In this document: piece after piece, positions 8,855-19,301 of the stretch | How the letters are laid out: each line of letters opens with the position of its first letter | Position numbering within the stretch: the first letter of the stretch is position 1 | DNA from: an uncultured Ruminococcus sp. | GTDB lineage: Bacteria; Bacillota; Clostridia; Oscillospirales; Ruminococcaceae | Reading direction: 5' to 3' | Length of the DNA stretch: 64,000 nt | Assembly: GCA_947624295.1 (NCBI GenBank) | Contig: CANQJV010000004.1 | Coordinates: 16,012-80,011 of the forward strand | Notes under the pieces: generated by a model | Seen by the model: only the letters and a program-made list of their open reading frames with translations | The model's database searches: none | Told to the model about the DNA's origin: nothing | Translations under genes and position numbers: made by a program

Positions 8855-10035
8855 TGATAGACTATGATAAGGTACTCTCGCATAAAATCAGGAACATAAA
8901 GCCGTCCGGAATAAGGAAATTCTTTGATATTGCAGCAACAATGGAGGGTGTAATTTCTCTTGGCGTAGGCGAACCTGATTTTTCCACACCGTGGGTAATC
9001 AGGAAATCAGCTATACAGGTACTCGAACGCAAACATATTGTTTACGGTCCGAACATAGGAATTGCACCGCTGAGGGAGGCTATTTCCCGTAAAATACAGC
9101 AAAAGCACGGTGTCAAGTACAATGCTGACAACGAAATAATCGTAACTGTAGGCGGTTCTGAGGCTATTGACCTTGCTGTACGTGGAATACTTGACGAGGG
9201 CGACGAAGTGCTTGTAGTTGAACCGTGTTTTGTGTGTTATGCACCGCTTGTGGAACTTATGGGCGGTATTGCAGTACCCGTGCCGACTAAAATCGAGAAC
9301 AATTTCAAGCTGACAGTTGACGATTTCAAAGACAAAGTGACTGACCGCACTAAAATGATAATTATGCCTTACCCGAATAATCCGACAGGCGCAATAATGA
9401 CAAGGGAAGATTTGGAGCCTATTGCGGAATTTCTGAAAAATACCGATATAATAGTACTTTCGGACGAGATTTATTCCGAACTCACATACGGCAGAAAACA
9501 TTTTTCAATCATTGAACTTGACAATATGAAAGAGCGTACTATCTATGTGAACGGCTTTTCAAAAGCGTATGCAATGACAGGCTGGCGACTGGGATATTGT
9601 GCTGCTCCCGAACCGATAATTCATCAGATTTTCAAAATACATCAGTACGGTATAATGTGCAGTCCGTACATAAGTCAGAATGCCGCTATCGAAGCACTTA
9701 ACTCTTGTGACGGTGAAGTTGTGAAAATGGTTGAGGAATACAATGTCCGCCGCCGTTATCTTGTAAACGAATTTAACAGAATCGGCTTGACCTGCTTTAA
9801 TCCGGAGGGTGCATTTTATGTATTCCCGTGCATAAAAAGTACAGGTCTTACGAGTGAGGAATTTTGTGAGAGATTGCTTTACGAGGAAAAAGTCGCTGTA
9901 GTACCGGGCAGTGCGTTTGGTGATTCGGGAGAAGGCTATATACGTATTTCCTACGCATATTCTCTGAAACACCTCATGGAAGCTATGAACCGCATTGAAG
10001 ATTTCCTGAAACGTCTGGAGGCTGAAAAGCAATGA
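8854..10035 (+). CDS. PLP-dependent aminotransferase class I/II
   Basis: ISLGVGEPDF, PNNPTG, DEIY, SKAYAMTGWRLG. Confidence 0.93.
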   Translation: MIDYDKVLSHKIRNIKPSGIRKFFDIAATMEGVISLGVGEPDFSTPWVIRKSAIQVLERKHIVYGPNIGIAPLREAISRKIQQKHGVKYNADNEIIVTVGGSEAIDLAVRGILDEGDEVLVVEPCFVCYAPLVELMGGIAVPVPTKIENNFKLTVDDFKDKVTDRTKMIIMPYPNNPTGAIMTREDLEPIAEFLKNTDIIVLSDEIYSELTYGRKHFSIIELDNMKERTIYVNGFSKAYAMTGWRLGYCAAPEPIIHQIFKIHQYGIMCSPYISQNAAIEALNSCDGEVVKMVEEYNVRRRYLVNEFNRIGLTCFNPEGAFYVFPCIKSTGLTSEEFCERLLYEEKVAVVPGSAFGDSGEGYIRISYAYSLKHLMEAMNRIEDFLKRLEAEKQ

Positions 10036-10886
10036 AAGTTAAAACTTCTGCCAAAATAAACCTTGCTCTTGATGTCACGGGGAAATTACCAAACGGATAC
10101 CATGAAATTGAAAGCGTATTCCAGACAATAGGGCTTTATGACGAGATTTCGGTTGAATTCACTGACAGCGATATTGAACTCACATGCGAAAAACCCGATA
10201 TACCTGCATTTGCTGACGATATACCTTGTGACGGAAGAAATATTGCTTATAAAGCTGCAAAGAAATTCATTGATGACAATAATCTTGATACAGGGTGCAG
10301 AATCTGCATAAAAAAGGGTATTCCCTCGCAGGCAGGTATGGGCGGAGGAAGTACTGATGCAGCAGCTGTATTGTATTGCCTTGCGGAAATGACAGGCGGA
10401 GAAATTATCGCTCCTGAAAAATTGGGTGCAGATGTGCCGTTTTTCCTTACAGGCGGTACTGCATACGTCACGGGGATAGGCGAAAACGTCCGTAAAATTG
10501 CGGATTGTCCGAAAAAAATACTTGTGATTGCAAAAGGCAGTGAGGGCGTTTCGACTATTGAGGCGTACAGAAAAATTGATTTGCTTGATAATCCTGCTCC
10601 CGTATTTGTTAAAAAACTTGTCAACGCAATAGAAAACGGCGATAATATTACTGATTATATCGGCAATATTTTTGAACAGGCTGTTAATTTGGCTGAAGTT
10701 GACGATATAAAGCAGAAAATGCTTAAGTTTGGTGCGGAAACTGCCTGCATGACGGGCAGCGGTTCAGCTGTTTTCGGGATTTTCAATGATATGGAATCTG
10801 CTGAAAAATGTCACATCTGGCTTACTGAAATTGCTTATTTTTCACGTGTATGCGAAACTGTCACGGAATCGATAATAATTCAATGA
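10032..10886 (+). CDS. ispE: 4-diphosphocytidyl-2C-methyl-D-erythritol kinase
   Basis: AKINLALDV, GYHEIESVFQ, IPSQAGMGGGSTDAAA, GADVPFF, MTGSGSAVF. Confidence 0.95.
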   Translation: MKVKTSAKINLALDVTGKLPNGYHEIESVFQTIGLYDEISVEFTDSDIELTCEKPDIPAFADDIPCDGRNIAYKAAKKFIDDNNLDTGCRICIKKGIPSQAGMGGGSTDAAAVLYCLAEMTGGEIIAPEKLGADVPFFLTGGTAYVTGIGENVRKIADCPKKILVIAKGSEGVSTIEAYRKIDLLDNPAPVFVKKLVNAIENGDNITDYIGNIFEQAVNLAEVDDIKQKMLKFGAETACMTGSGSAVFGIFNDMESAEKCHIWLTEIAYFSRVCETVTESIIIQ

Positions 10887-10892
10887 AAAAAC

Positions 10893-10919
10893 AAACTCCG
10901 TCAAAACAGGCGGAGTTTT
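10893..10919. terminator. bidirectional intrinsic terminator between convergent genes
   Basis: aaactccgtc-aaaaca-ggcggagtttt inverted repeat. Confidence 0.7.
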
Positions 10920-10923
10920 ATAA

Positions 10924-11820
10924 TTATTCAGTTGTTGTGATTTCCTCTGTAATTTCCCCCATGCCTTTAGTGCTTTCCTCATCAATATCAAGCTGAGTTG
11001 TAGGCGGTTCAGTTGCCGGAAGTTCCTCAACAGCGATAGTCTTTGTACAAAGCCACTCGCACCATTTCCTGTAATACATACCAAAAGGGTGTATACCGTC
11101 CGAAGTATATGATTCCGTTAAATAGCCGTTCGCATCGTCATAGACTTCATTTATATCTATGTAGAAAACTTTTTCGTTATCAGCGAGTGATGCAAGCATA
11201 TTGTTCAGATAATTCAGGGAATTATTGTTGATTACGTCAGTTTCAGCGGAATATGATACGTGAAGATTCCCTTGAATATAAATCAGCGCATTTGGCTGAT
11301 GTGCTTTTATTTTATCGACAATCGCCCTGTATGAAGTAAGAGTTACTTCGGGGTCATTGCCGACTTCGTTTATTCCAAGCATTATGTATACTTTACCGTA
11401 CTGTTTTTTGTCAAGCACCTCGTCAAAAGTCATATTGTCAATTTCTTCCTCATCAATCTTATATGCGGACATTCCTACTGAACAGAAGTAATCAGAATTT
11501 CTGAAAGTACCGTATTCTTTTATGCCGACTGTACGTGAATCGCCTATAAACAGGGCATCGTCAAAATAAGAGATGTCGCTTGTAACGAATGGTACTTCGG
11601 GCAATTCAGGTTCTTCGGGAATTTGCGGAGTATCGTCAATGCCTGTTGTAATTTCGGTTGTAACTTCCTGCTGAGGTTGACTTTCATCGGCAATAGATGA
11701 ATTATCAACGGGCTTTGCATCGGAACTTGATTTCCATATTTTGTGGAATATAAGCGGAGATGCTACAAAGCAAGTTGCAATGAGAATTAGAGTATAGGCG
11801 GATTTTTTGAATTTCTGCAT
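10924..11820 (-). CDS. membrane-anchored SGNH/GDSL hydrolase (putative O-acyltransferase partner)
   Basis: N-terminal TM, FIGDSRT, MLGINE, DGIHP; directly downstream of the MBOAT gene. Confidence 0.85.
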   Translation of the reverse strand: MQKFKKSAYTLILIATCFVASPLIFHKIWKSSSDAKPVDNSSIADESQPQQEVTTEITTGIDDTPQIPEEPELPEVPFVTSDISYFDDALFIGDSRTVGIKEYGTFRNSDYFCSVGMSAYKIDEEEIDNMTFDEVLDKKQYGKVYIMLGINEVGNDPEVTLTSYRAIVDKIKAHQPNALIYIQGNLHVSYSAETDVINNNSLNYLNNMLASLADNEKVFYIDINEVYDDANGYLTESYTSDGIHPFGMYYRKWCEWLCTKTIAVEELPATEPPTTQLDIDEESTKGMGEITEEITTTE

Positions 11821-11859
11821 AATTTTTATCTCCTTTTGTTTTACACATTAAATCAAATA

Positions 11860-13254
11860 TCAAAATCTGAAATACAGGAACGGGTCGTCCATACCCTGAT
11901 ACATACAGTAAACTGACATCCAGAATACAGCAAGGAGCAGGGCGATACCGATATATGAATCTTTTATCTTTTTATATATTATTTCAGGCAATTTTGTTGA
12001 AAATAAAATACCTGCAATAAAATACTTGCCATATATTCCGAGGTATTTCAGATAATCCTTTTCAAAAACAAATCCGTCCTGCGAACGTACACCTATAAGA
12101 CGCAGGAAATACTCTCCCAATTGGCTGAAATCCGTAACAGCGAACAGTAGCCATGAAAGTGGTATAAGCAATATCATATAAATATGACCTGCTATTCTGT
12201 ATTTTTCCATGAAACTCTTTACTCCGCAGAATTTTTCAAGCATAAGTATTCCGAAAAGCACAAGACCCCATATGATGAAATTCCAGCTTGCGCCGTGCCA
12301 TAAGCCTGTAAACGCCCATACTATCAGGGAATTACGGACAGTTTTGAGAGTAGTCGTTCTGCTTCCGCCGAGTGGGAAATATATATATTCTTTGAACCAC
12401 GAGCCGAGTGTTATATGCCATCTCCGCCAGAATTCCGTCATTGACACGGAAGTATAAGGGTGGTCGAAGTTTTTAGGAATATCAAAGCCCATTATTTCGC
12501 CAAGACCGACTGCCATTAGGGAATATCCCCAGAAATCGAAGTAAATCTGAAACGAGTAGGCTAAAATTCCGAGCCATGCAAGCGGAGTTGAAATACTTTC
12601 GTAGCCAATCATTGAAATATCTTCCCAAAGACCGCCGATTTGATTAGCAAGGATTACTTTCAAGCCGAGACCGACAGTGAACGTTTTCAGCCCGTTATCG
12701 ACTTTTTCAGCAGTATGCTTACGTTTTTTCAGTTGTTGGGCGACCGTGGAATATGTAACGATAGGACCTGCTATAAGCTGCGGGAACATACTTATATATG
12801 CGCCGTAATCAATAAGACTTGTTTCAGCGACGGCTTTACGGCGGTAGACATCGATAATATAGGAAACGTTCTGGAACGTATAGAAACTTATTCCTATAGG
12901 CAGGACTATATTTTTCAAAGGCAGATTTACTACAGGGATTTCGTTTATATTTTCAAATATAAAGCGTGTGTACTTAAAGAAAATCAGCCATAGAAAGTTA
13001 AAAGTTATACCTATTGTCAGCCATACTTTTGAGGCTTTCCGGAATGCTGCTATAAATTCGCCTATGATGAAGTTGAAAACAATCGTAAGCAGGAAAAGCC
13101 ATATATACACGGGATATTCGAGAACGCCCATACAATAGAAGATGATACTGCCGAGAAATAGTACTGCATTTTTATACGAGGGCGGAACAAAACCGTACAC
13201 AATAAAGAATGCAGGGAGAAATATGAAGATAAACTTCAGACTGCTGAAAACCAT
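11860..13254 (-). CDS. MBOAT O-acyltransferase (AlgI/PatA/DltB family)
   Basis: LPIGISFYTFQ, FPQLIAGPI, QIYFDFWGYS, EFWRRWHITL, GLWHGA, PFLYFRF end. Confidence 0.93.
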   Translation of the reverse strand: MVFSSLKFIFIFLPAFFIVYGFVPPSYKNAVLFLGSIIFYCMGVLEYPVYIWLFLLTIVFNFIIGEFIAAFRKASKVWLTIGITFNFLWLIFFKYTRFIFENINEIPVVNLPLKNIVLPIGISFYTFQNVSYIIDVYRRKAVAETSLIDYGAYISMFPQLIAGPIVTYSTVAQQLKKRKHTAEKVDNGLKTFTVGLGLKVILANQIGGLWEDISMIGYESISTPLAWLGILAYSFQIYFDFWGYSLMAVGLGEIMGFDIPKNFDHPYTSVSMTEFWRRWHITLGSWFKEYIYFPLGGSRTTTLKTVRNSLIVWAFTGLWHGASWNFIIWGLVLFGILMLEKFCGVKSFMEKYRIAGHIYMILLIPLSWLLFAVTDFSQLGEYFLRLIGVRSQDGFVFEKDYLKYLGIYGKYFIAGILFSTKLPEIIYKKIKDSYIGIALLLAVFWMSVYCMYQGMDDPFLYFRF

Positions 13255-13576
13255 TTTATCACCCTTTTGTCAAATCTTTTGTCCGTTTATATTTTTCTGC
13301 ACGGATAAATCTACACAAGCCATAATAAGGCTATACTAATATTTTACACGCAATTATCACAAAATGCAAGACCTTTTATTTTTTTGTAACTATTTGTAAT
13401 ATTTTCCCTATTGACAAATTTTCTTTATGAAATAATCAGACAAATATTCACATAATTGTTTGTATAAATCAGCCAAACTTTCATAATTTTCATAAAAAGT
13501 ATTTACAAAGCAATGCTTTTGTAATATAATTAGTATGGGTATTTGTGCCCATAGCAATTTTACAAGGGGGCTTATT

Positions 13577-14437
13577 ATGATTAAACATCTTTCAGGAGAA
13601 TACGAAACAGTTGAATACGAAAACAAACGTCTGTTTTTACTGCACGATAATTATGATAACGAGGCTTATCCGATTCACTGGCATAATGCTGTTGAAATAC
13701 TTATGCCGTTGGAGAACAGTTATATAGTAAATTCACTTGACAAAGAGTATGTTATACCTGTACACGATGTGCTTATAATTCCGCCTGCTGAATTACATAG
13801 TATGCCGGCAGTCAAAGGTCATAGACTGATATTGCAGTGTGATAACTCCGTACTTGCGGACGTTCCTGCTTTTGAGCCTGTAATGCGTGGACTTACAACG
13901 CCTATGCTTATTGATAAAAGTCTTGACAAAGGTCTGCACAATTTAGCTAAGAAAACTATGCTGAACATTTACGAACTGAACAGCCGTAAATCTGAACTTG
14001 CCGATGTGAAAATATACATTGCCCTGATAAATCTGCTTGTTGCGGTGAGGGAGTACAAAATAGAGCAGGCGAAAATTTCGCTTGACTGTGATGACGGGAA
14101 AATTGACGAATACAGCGAAAAATTCGGGCTTGTAATGAAATATATAGATTCAAACTATATGTATGATATATCGCTTGAGCAACTTGCAAATGTTGCGGGG
14201 TACAGTAAATACCATTTTTCACGTATTTTCAAGCAATACAATTCAATGTCATATTTGCAGTACATAAACGCAAGGCGCACAAAAGCTGCTGAACTCCTGT
14301 TGTTGGAGCCTGATTTATCTATAACTGAAGTAGCTATGCGTTCGGGATTCAAGAGCATTACGACTTTCAACAGGATTTTCAAGGAAATAAAGCACTGTAC
14401 GCCGACAGATTTCAAGAAACTCTATTCCGAACATTAA
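13577..14437 (+). CDS. AraC-family regulator with cupin sensor domain
   Basis: YPIHWH...E...ELH cupin plus C-terminal AraC HTH; start moved to ATG 13577 behind AAGGGGG. Confidence 0.9.
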   Translation: MIKHLSGEYETVEYENKRLFLLHDNYDNEAYPIHWHNAVEILMPLENSYIVNSLDKEYVIPVHDVLIIPPAELHSMPAVKGHRLILQCDNSVLADVPAFEPVMRGLTTPMLIDKSLDKGLHNLAKKTMLNIYELNSRKSELADVKIYIALINLLVAVREYKIEQAKISLDCDDGKIDEYSEKFGLVMKYIDSNYMYDISLEQLANVAGYSKYHFSRIFKQYNSMSYLQYINARRTKAAELLLLEPDLSITEVAMRSGFKSITTFNRIFKEIKHCTPTDFKKLYSEH

Positions 14438-14461
14438 ATTTTTTAATTTATATGAAATCTA

Positions 14462-14599
14462 TTGCAATTTATTTTTATTTAACTATTGTAATACAGTCAA
14501 AAATGTGTTATAAGCGGTGAGCCACCGCAGGCAATTTATTTTCTGATTTGCAATTTATTTTTATTTAACTATTGTAATAAAGTCAAAAATGTGTTATAA
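14462..14599 (+). repeat. 52-bp direct duplication of a promoter flanking a repeat-family hairpin
   Basis: 14462-14513 and 14548-14599 differ by 1 nt; the spacer carries GCGGTG-AGC-CACCGC-aggcaattt. Confidence 0.85.
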
Positions 14600-14600
14600 T
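14572..14600 (+). promoter_or_regulatory. sigmaA-type promoter for ymfF-ymfH-lgt-folD
   Basis: TTGTAA-17 bp-TATAAT with TG extension. Confidence 0.6.
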
Positions 14601-14638
14601 AAAAACGACATCTTTTCAAGATTGGAGTATTTGGTAAA

Positions 14639-15910
14639 ATGAATTACAAAAGAGAAGTTATCGGCGATAATATTGGTTTTTCGACAATAATCGACAGCAA
14701 ATTCAATACCTGTTCGCTTTATGTGCGGTTTATAACTGAATTGAGTAATGAAACTTCGGCTGTAAATTCAGTTGCTTGCGAATTATGTACTATGTCAAAC
14801 AGCAAGTACAGGAGTATTGAGGAACTCAGCGATGCGGCTGCTGAATTGTACGGCGGATATATTTCTGATTTTTCAGGCAGACGAGGCGACGTGCAGATTT
14901 TAGGTTTTTCTTCTCAATGGATATGCAATCGTTTTGCGCTTGAAGGGGAAGATATAACAGAGGAAATGCTTGATATAGTTCACGGCTGTATTTTAAGCCC
15001 TGATATTGATACCAAAAACGGCGGTTTCAGGCAAAATAACCTGAAAATCGCACAAAACAACATAATATCTGCAATTGAAAGCCGTCTGAACGATAAGCGG
15101 GTATATGCCGTAAATAGGGCTTATGAAATTGCGTTCAGAGGAGAACCTGCTGAAAACGATGCTAACGGCACGATTGAGGAAGTCAGGAATGTTACAGCAG
15201 AATCGGCGTTCAAAGCGTATATGAATCTTCTTGAAACAGCGCAAATTGAGATTTTCTACGTAGCACCGGAGGAAAATGTTACAGTAGCTGAAATGTTCCG
15301 TAAAAGTTTCGCTGAAATCAACAGAAATCCACGTGAATACAAAATTTGCAGTAAAAGCCCGTTGAAAAATCCCCCTGAAAATGTTACAGAAGAATTTGAC
15401 GTGAATCAAAGTAAATTGCTTATTACGCTGAAAAGCAATTCAGATGACTATTTTGCGTCTGATATGTTCAATATAATTCTCGGCGGTACTCCTGTATCAA
15501 AACTTTTTACAAATTTACGTGAAAAAATGAGTTTATGCTATTACTGCTCAAGCAATTTCTATGCTGAAAAAAATACAATCACTATAGAAAGCGGTGTTGA
15601 CAGGGCAAATATCGAAAAAGCATACAATGAAATACTTCATCAGATTGACGAAATAAGGAACGGCAATATAACTGAGGAGGAGATACAGTCCGCACTTCTT
15701 ATGATTGACAATGACTGTTCAGGAATAGGCGATACTCCTGCACAATATTTTTCGTGGTATTTCAGCCGTTTTTGTTTTGGGGACAGTATCACTCCGCAGG
15801 AATACCTGCAAAAAATAAGCGAGGTCACAAAAGACAGGATTATCAGGATTGCCGAATCATTCAGGCTTGACAGTTCATATTGTATGCTTAATAAGGAGAG
15901 TGCGGAATGA
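14639..15910 (+). CDS. M16 peptidase-like protein, non-catalytic subunit (YmfF-like)
   Basis: LYGG, ILGGTPVSKLFTNLREKMSLCYY; no HxxEH; overlaps the next M16 gene. Confidence 0.82.
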   Translation: MNYKREVIGDNIGFSTIIDSKFNTCSLYVRFITELSNETSAVNSVACELCTMSNSKYRSIEELSDAAAELYGGYISDFSGRRGDVQILGFSSQWICNRFALEGEDITEEMLDIVHGCILSPDIDTKNGGFRQNNLKIAQNNIISAIESRLNDKRVYAVNRAYEIAFRGEPAENDANGTIEEVRNVTAESAFKAYMNLLETAQIEIFYVAPEENVTVAEMFRKSFAEINRNPREYKICSKSPLKNPPENVTEEFDVNQSKLLITLKSNSDDYFASDMFNIILGGTPVSKLFTNLREKMSLCYYCSSNFYAEKNTITIESGVDRANIEKAYNEILHQIDEIRNGNITEEEIQSALLMIDNDCSGIGDTPAQYFSWYFSRFCFGDSITPQEYLQKISEVTKDRIIRIAESFRLDSSYCMLNKESAE

Positions 15911-17190
15911 AAAAAGAAATAATCAAAAGCAGGCTTACAGGCGATAATTGTATTCACGTAAAGCATTCAAGCGGTCTTGACATATACATCAGAGAAATGT
16001 CAGGTTTCAGCAATGTCCGTGCGCTTTTCGGGACGAAATACGGTTCAGTCAATACAATGTTCAGGACTACAGGCGATACGGAGTACACGACAGTCCCGGA
16101 AGGTATAGCGCATTTTCTCGAACACAAACTCTTTGAAAATGAGGAGTGCGGTGTATTTGAACTCTACGCAAAAACAGGCGCAATGTGTAATGCGTTCACT
16201 TCATTTGATAAAACTTGTTATCTTTTTTCCTGCTCCAAAAATTACACTGAAAATCTGAAAATACTGCTTGATTTTGTACAGAATCCCTATTTTACGCCTG
16301 AAAACGTCGAAAAAGAGCAGGGTATCATCGGGCAGGAAATACAAATGACAAATGATAACCCTGAATGGCGAGTATTTTTCAATATGCTTAATTCCATGTA
16401 TCACAATCACCCTGTTAAGATTGACATTGCAGGTACTGCCGAAAGTATCGCTGAAATTGATGCTGATTTGCTGTACAAATGCTATAATACGTTCTATAAT
16501 CTCAACAATATGGTGCTTGCAATTGCGGGGAATATATCAGCAGATGAAGTACTTGCTATATGCGACGAACACTTGAAACCGTGCGAGGACAATGGGCTTG
16601 AAACTGTTTTCCCTGATGAGCCTGATTCCGTAGTACGCCACGAAATACGTGAAACTCAGCCTATAGGAATACCTATTTTTCATCTCGGCTATAAATGTAC
16701 CCCTGTAACTGACAGTAAAGAAAAAGTTAAAAAATATGTTTCAGCATCAATTACTGCCGGTATAGTTTGCAGCGAATCAAACGAAATGTATAGTAATCTG
16801 TTGAATAACGGCATTATAAACAGTTCATTCAGTTGTGAAGTATTTTCCGGTGAAGGCTATATGGCGTTTATTTTCAGCGGAGAATCCTCAAGACCTGACG
16901 ATATACGCACTGCTGTTATCAACGAGTTCGCCCGTATCCTGAAAGACGGTGTATGTGAAAAAGTTTTCCGCAGAATGAAGAAATCAGCTTACGGGGCACT
17001 TATCCGCCAATTGAATAATGTTACTGCTGTTGCGGGAATGATGATGAACAATACACTAAACGGATTTGGTGTGTATGATATTATAGACACATTTTCCGAA
17101 ATCACAAGCGAAGATGTATATAATTTCATAAAATCTGACCTTACAGAAGATAAACTTGTGCTTTCTGTAATAGAGAAAGCCGGTGATTGA
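15907..17190 (+). CDS. M16 zinc peptidase (YmfH-like)
   Basis: VPEGIAHFLEHKLFE, NAFTS, EKEQGIIGQEI. Confidence 0.9.
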   Translation: MKKEIIKSRLTGDNCIHVKHSSGLDIYIREMSGFSNVRALFGTKYGSVNTMFRTTGDTEYTTVPEGIAHFLEHKLFENEECGVFELYAKTGAMCNAFTSFDKTCYLFSCSKNYTENLKILLDFVQNPYFTPENVEKEQGIIGQEIQMTNDNPEWRVFFNMLNSMYHNHPVKIDIAGTAESIAEIDADLLYKCYNTFYNLNNMVLAIAGNISADEVLAICDEHLKPCEDNGLETVFPDEPDSVVRHEIRETQPIGIPIFHLGYKCTPVTDSKEKVKKYVSASITAGIVCSESNEMYSNLLNNGIINSSFSCEVFSGEGYMAFIFSGESSRPDDIRTAVINEFARILKDGVCEKVFRRMKKSAYGALIRQLNNVTAVAGMMMNNTLNGFGVYDIIDTFSEITSEDVYNFIKSDLTEDKLVLSVIEKAGD

Positions 17191-17193
17191 GTG

Positions 17194-18249
17194 ATGTCTG
17201 AAATGATACAGAACCCTTATACAATACAGTTTCCAAAACTCGGCTGGGAATTTGAAATAAATCCGACTGCATTTACAATTTTCGGTATAAGTATACAGTG
17301 GTACGGCATTATAATTGCTTTCGGCTTACTGCTTGCGTCACTGTACTGTTTCCCACGTATGAAAAAATTCGGGATTGATTCGGACAGAGCTACAGATGCA
17401 GTAATAGGCGGTGTTATCGGCGGTATCATCGGGGCAAGGCTTTACTTTGTAATCAACAAGTGGGAAGATTACCACAAAGATACGCTGAAAGACACTTTTC
17501 TTGCGATTATCAACACAAGAAACGGCGGACTTGCGATATATGGCGGTATTATAGGCGCACTTATTGTCGGGCTGATTGTGTGCAAAATAAGAAAAGTAAA
17601 ATTTTTACCTATGCTTGATATTGCAGTTATAGGATTCCTCATAGGGCAAGGCATAGGACGTTGGGGGAATTTCGTAAATCAGGAGGCATTCGGTACAAAT
17701 ACTGATTCAATTTTCGGCATGACAGGCGGAAGAATACAGCAGATTATCAACAATGAAATGCAGATAGGCGGTTCAATGTACGAAAACGGTCTTGAAATGC
17801 TATGGGAAAAACCTGTACACCCGTGTTTTTTATACGAATCAATATGGTGTCTGCTTGGATTTGTGGTACTCGCCCTGTACTCAAAACACCGGAAATATGA
17901 CGGTCAGCTTTTGCTTATGTATATGGCGTGGTACGGTGCTGAACGTGCAGTAATTGAGGGCTTACGCACTGACAGTCTTATGCTTGGCAATTTACGCATA
18001 TCTCAGCTTGTTTCCGTAGTAATACTGATTAGTTCAGTGATTTTACAAATAATAATTGCTTTCAGGATAAAGCGTGACCCCGAAAAATATGTTCTGTACG
18101 TCAATACAGAAGAATCACGCCTTTTAATTGAAGAAACCCGCTTAAAATTAACAGGCGGTGAAGATGAAGAAATCGGCATACTTTCTGAATCAGAAGAAGA
18201 TGACGATGATAATATTAAGGAGGAAAATTCAAATGGCACAAATAATTGA
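17194..18249 (+). CDS. lgt: prolipoprotein diacylglyceryl transferase
   Basis: [46 protein letters not shown]. Confidence 0.95.
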   Translation: MSEMIQNPYTIQFPKLGWEFEINPTAFTIFGISIQWYGIIIAFGLLLASLYCFPRMKKFGIDSDRATDAVIGGVIGGIIGARLYFVINKWEDYHKDTLKDTFLAIINTRNGGLAIYGGIIGALIVGLIVCKIRKVKFLPMLDIAVIGFLIGQGIGRWGNFVNQEAFGTNTDSIFGMTGGRIQQIINNEMQIGGSMYENGLEMLWEKPVHPCFLYESIWCLLGFVVLALYSKHRKYDGQLLLMYMAWYGAERAVIEGLRTDSLMLGNLRISQLVSVVILISSVILQIIIAFRIKRDPEKYVLYVNTEESRLLIEETRLKLTGGEDEEIGILSESEEDDDDNIKEENSNGTNN

Positions 18250-19090
18250 CGGAAAAGCAGTATCAGCTGCTGTAAAAGAAGAAGTAGCTCTCGAAAATGC
18301 AAGGCTCAAGGACGAACACGGTCTTAAAGTCGGACTTGCTGTTGTAATCGTAGGCAATGACCCTGCCTCAAGAGTATACGTGAACAATAAGAAAAAGGCT
18401 TGCGAAACTGTAGGTTTCCAGTCGTTTGAGTACGCTCTTGACGAAAATACAACTCAGGAGCAATTGCTTGATTTAGTCAACGTACTTAACAGGGACGAAC
18501 GTGTGAACGGTATTCTTGTGCAGCTGCCGTTACCGTCACATATTGACGAAAAAGCAATAATCAACGCAATATCGCCTGAAAAAGATGTTGATGCATTCCA
18601 CCCTGTAAACGTCGGCAAAATTATGATAGGCGAATACTCGTTCTTACCGTGTACACCTGCCGGAGTAATGCGTCTTATCCAAAGCACGGGAGTTGACATA
18701 ACAGGTAAACAGTGCGTAGTTGTGGGACGTTCGAATATTGTCGGTAAACCGCAGGCAATGTTGCTTCTCCAGAAAAACGGTACTGTTACTATATGCCATT
18801 CCAAAACAAAGAACCTCAAGGAACTCTGCCTTACAGCTGATATTCTTGTTGTAGCCATAGGACGTGCAAAATTCATTACAGGCGATATGATTAAAGAGGG
18901 CGCAGTTGTTATTGACGTTGGTATGGACAGAGATGAAAACGGTAAATTATGCGGTGATGTTGACTTTGAATCCGCAAAGGAAAAAGCAAGTTATATAACA
19001 CCTGTTCCGGGCGGAGTAGGACCTATGACAATTGCAATGTTGATGAAAAATACACTTACTGCTGCTAAAAAACAAGCAGGAATTGAGTAA
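18233..19090 (+). CDS. folD: methylenetetrahydrofolate dehydrogenase/cyclohydrolase
   Basis: [49 protein letters not shown]; start ATG 18233 behind AAGGAGG. Confidence 0.97.
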   Translation: MAQIIDGKAVSAAVKEEVALENARLKDEHGLKVGLAVVIVGNDPASRVYVNNKKKACETVGFQSFEYALDENTTQEQLLDLVNVLNRDERVNGILVQLPLPSHIDEKAIINAISPEKDVDAFHPVNVGKIMIGEYSFLPCTPAGVMRLIQSTGVDITGKQCVVVGRSNIVGKPQAMLLLQKNGTVTICHSKTKNLKELCLTADILVVAIGRAKFITGDMIKEGAVVIDVGMDRDENGKLCGDVDFESAKEKASYITPVPGGVGPMTIAMLMKNTLTAAKKQAGIE

Positions 19091-19115
19091 AATGACGAAA
19101 ATTAAATAATTAAGT

Positions 19116-19146
19116 AAAGAGTGCGGAAATTCCTGCACTCTTTTTT
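19116..19146 (+). terminator. intrinsic terminator after folD
   Basis: aaagagtgcgg-aaatt-cctgcactc followed by a T7 tract. Confidence 0.75.
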
Positions 19147-19235
19147 CACATTATTTCACAAATCAAACAACAATGTGAAAATTTTCACACAAATTATTTT
19201 TCAAAATTATATATTTATCTCAAATTAGTTTCACA
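19143..19235 (+). promoter_or_regulatory. TTTCACA box cluster upstream of htrA
   Basis: ttttcaca 19143, atttcaca 19153, palindrome tgtgaaaattttcaca 19174-19189, gtttcaca 19228. Confidence 0.5.
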
Positions 19236-19301
19236 TAGGGCAATTATAATATAATCACAATAAAGATAACAAATAAACACCTGAAAGGAAAAGTGATTAT
19301 T

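Noticed and set aside
14639-15910. M16 peptidase lacking HxxEH as a pseudogene or novelty
   Set aside because: An inactive plus active M16 pair (YmfF/YmfH) is the normal Firmicute arrangement.
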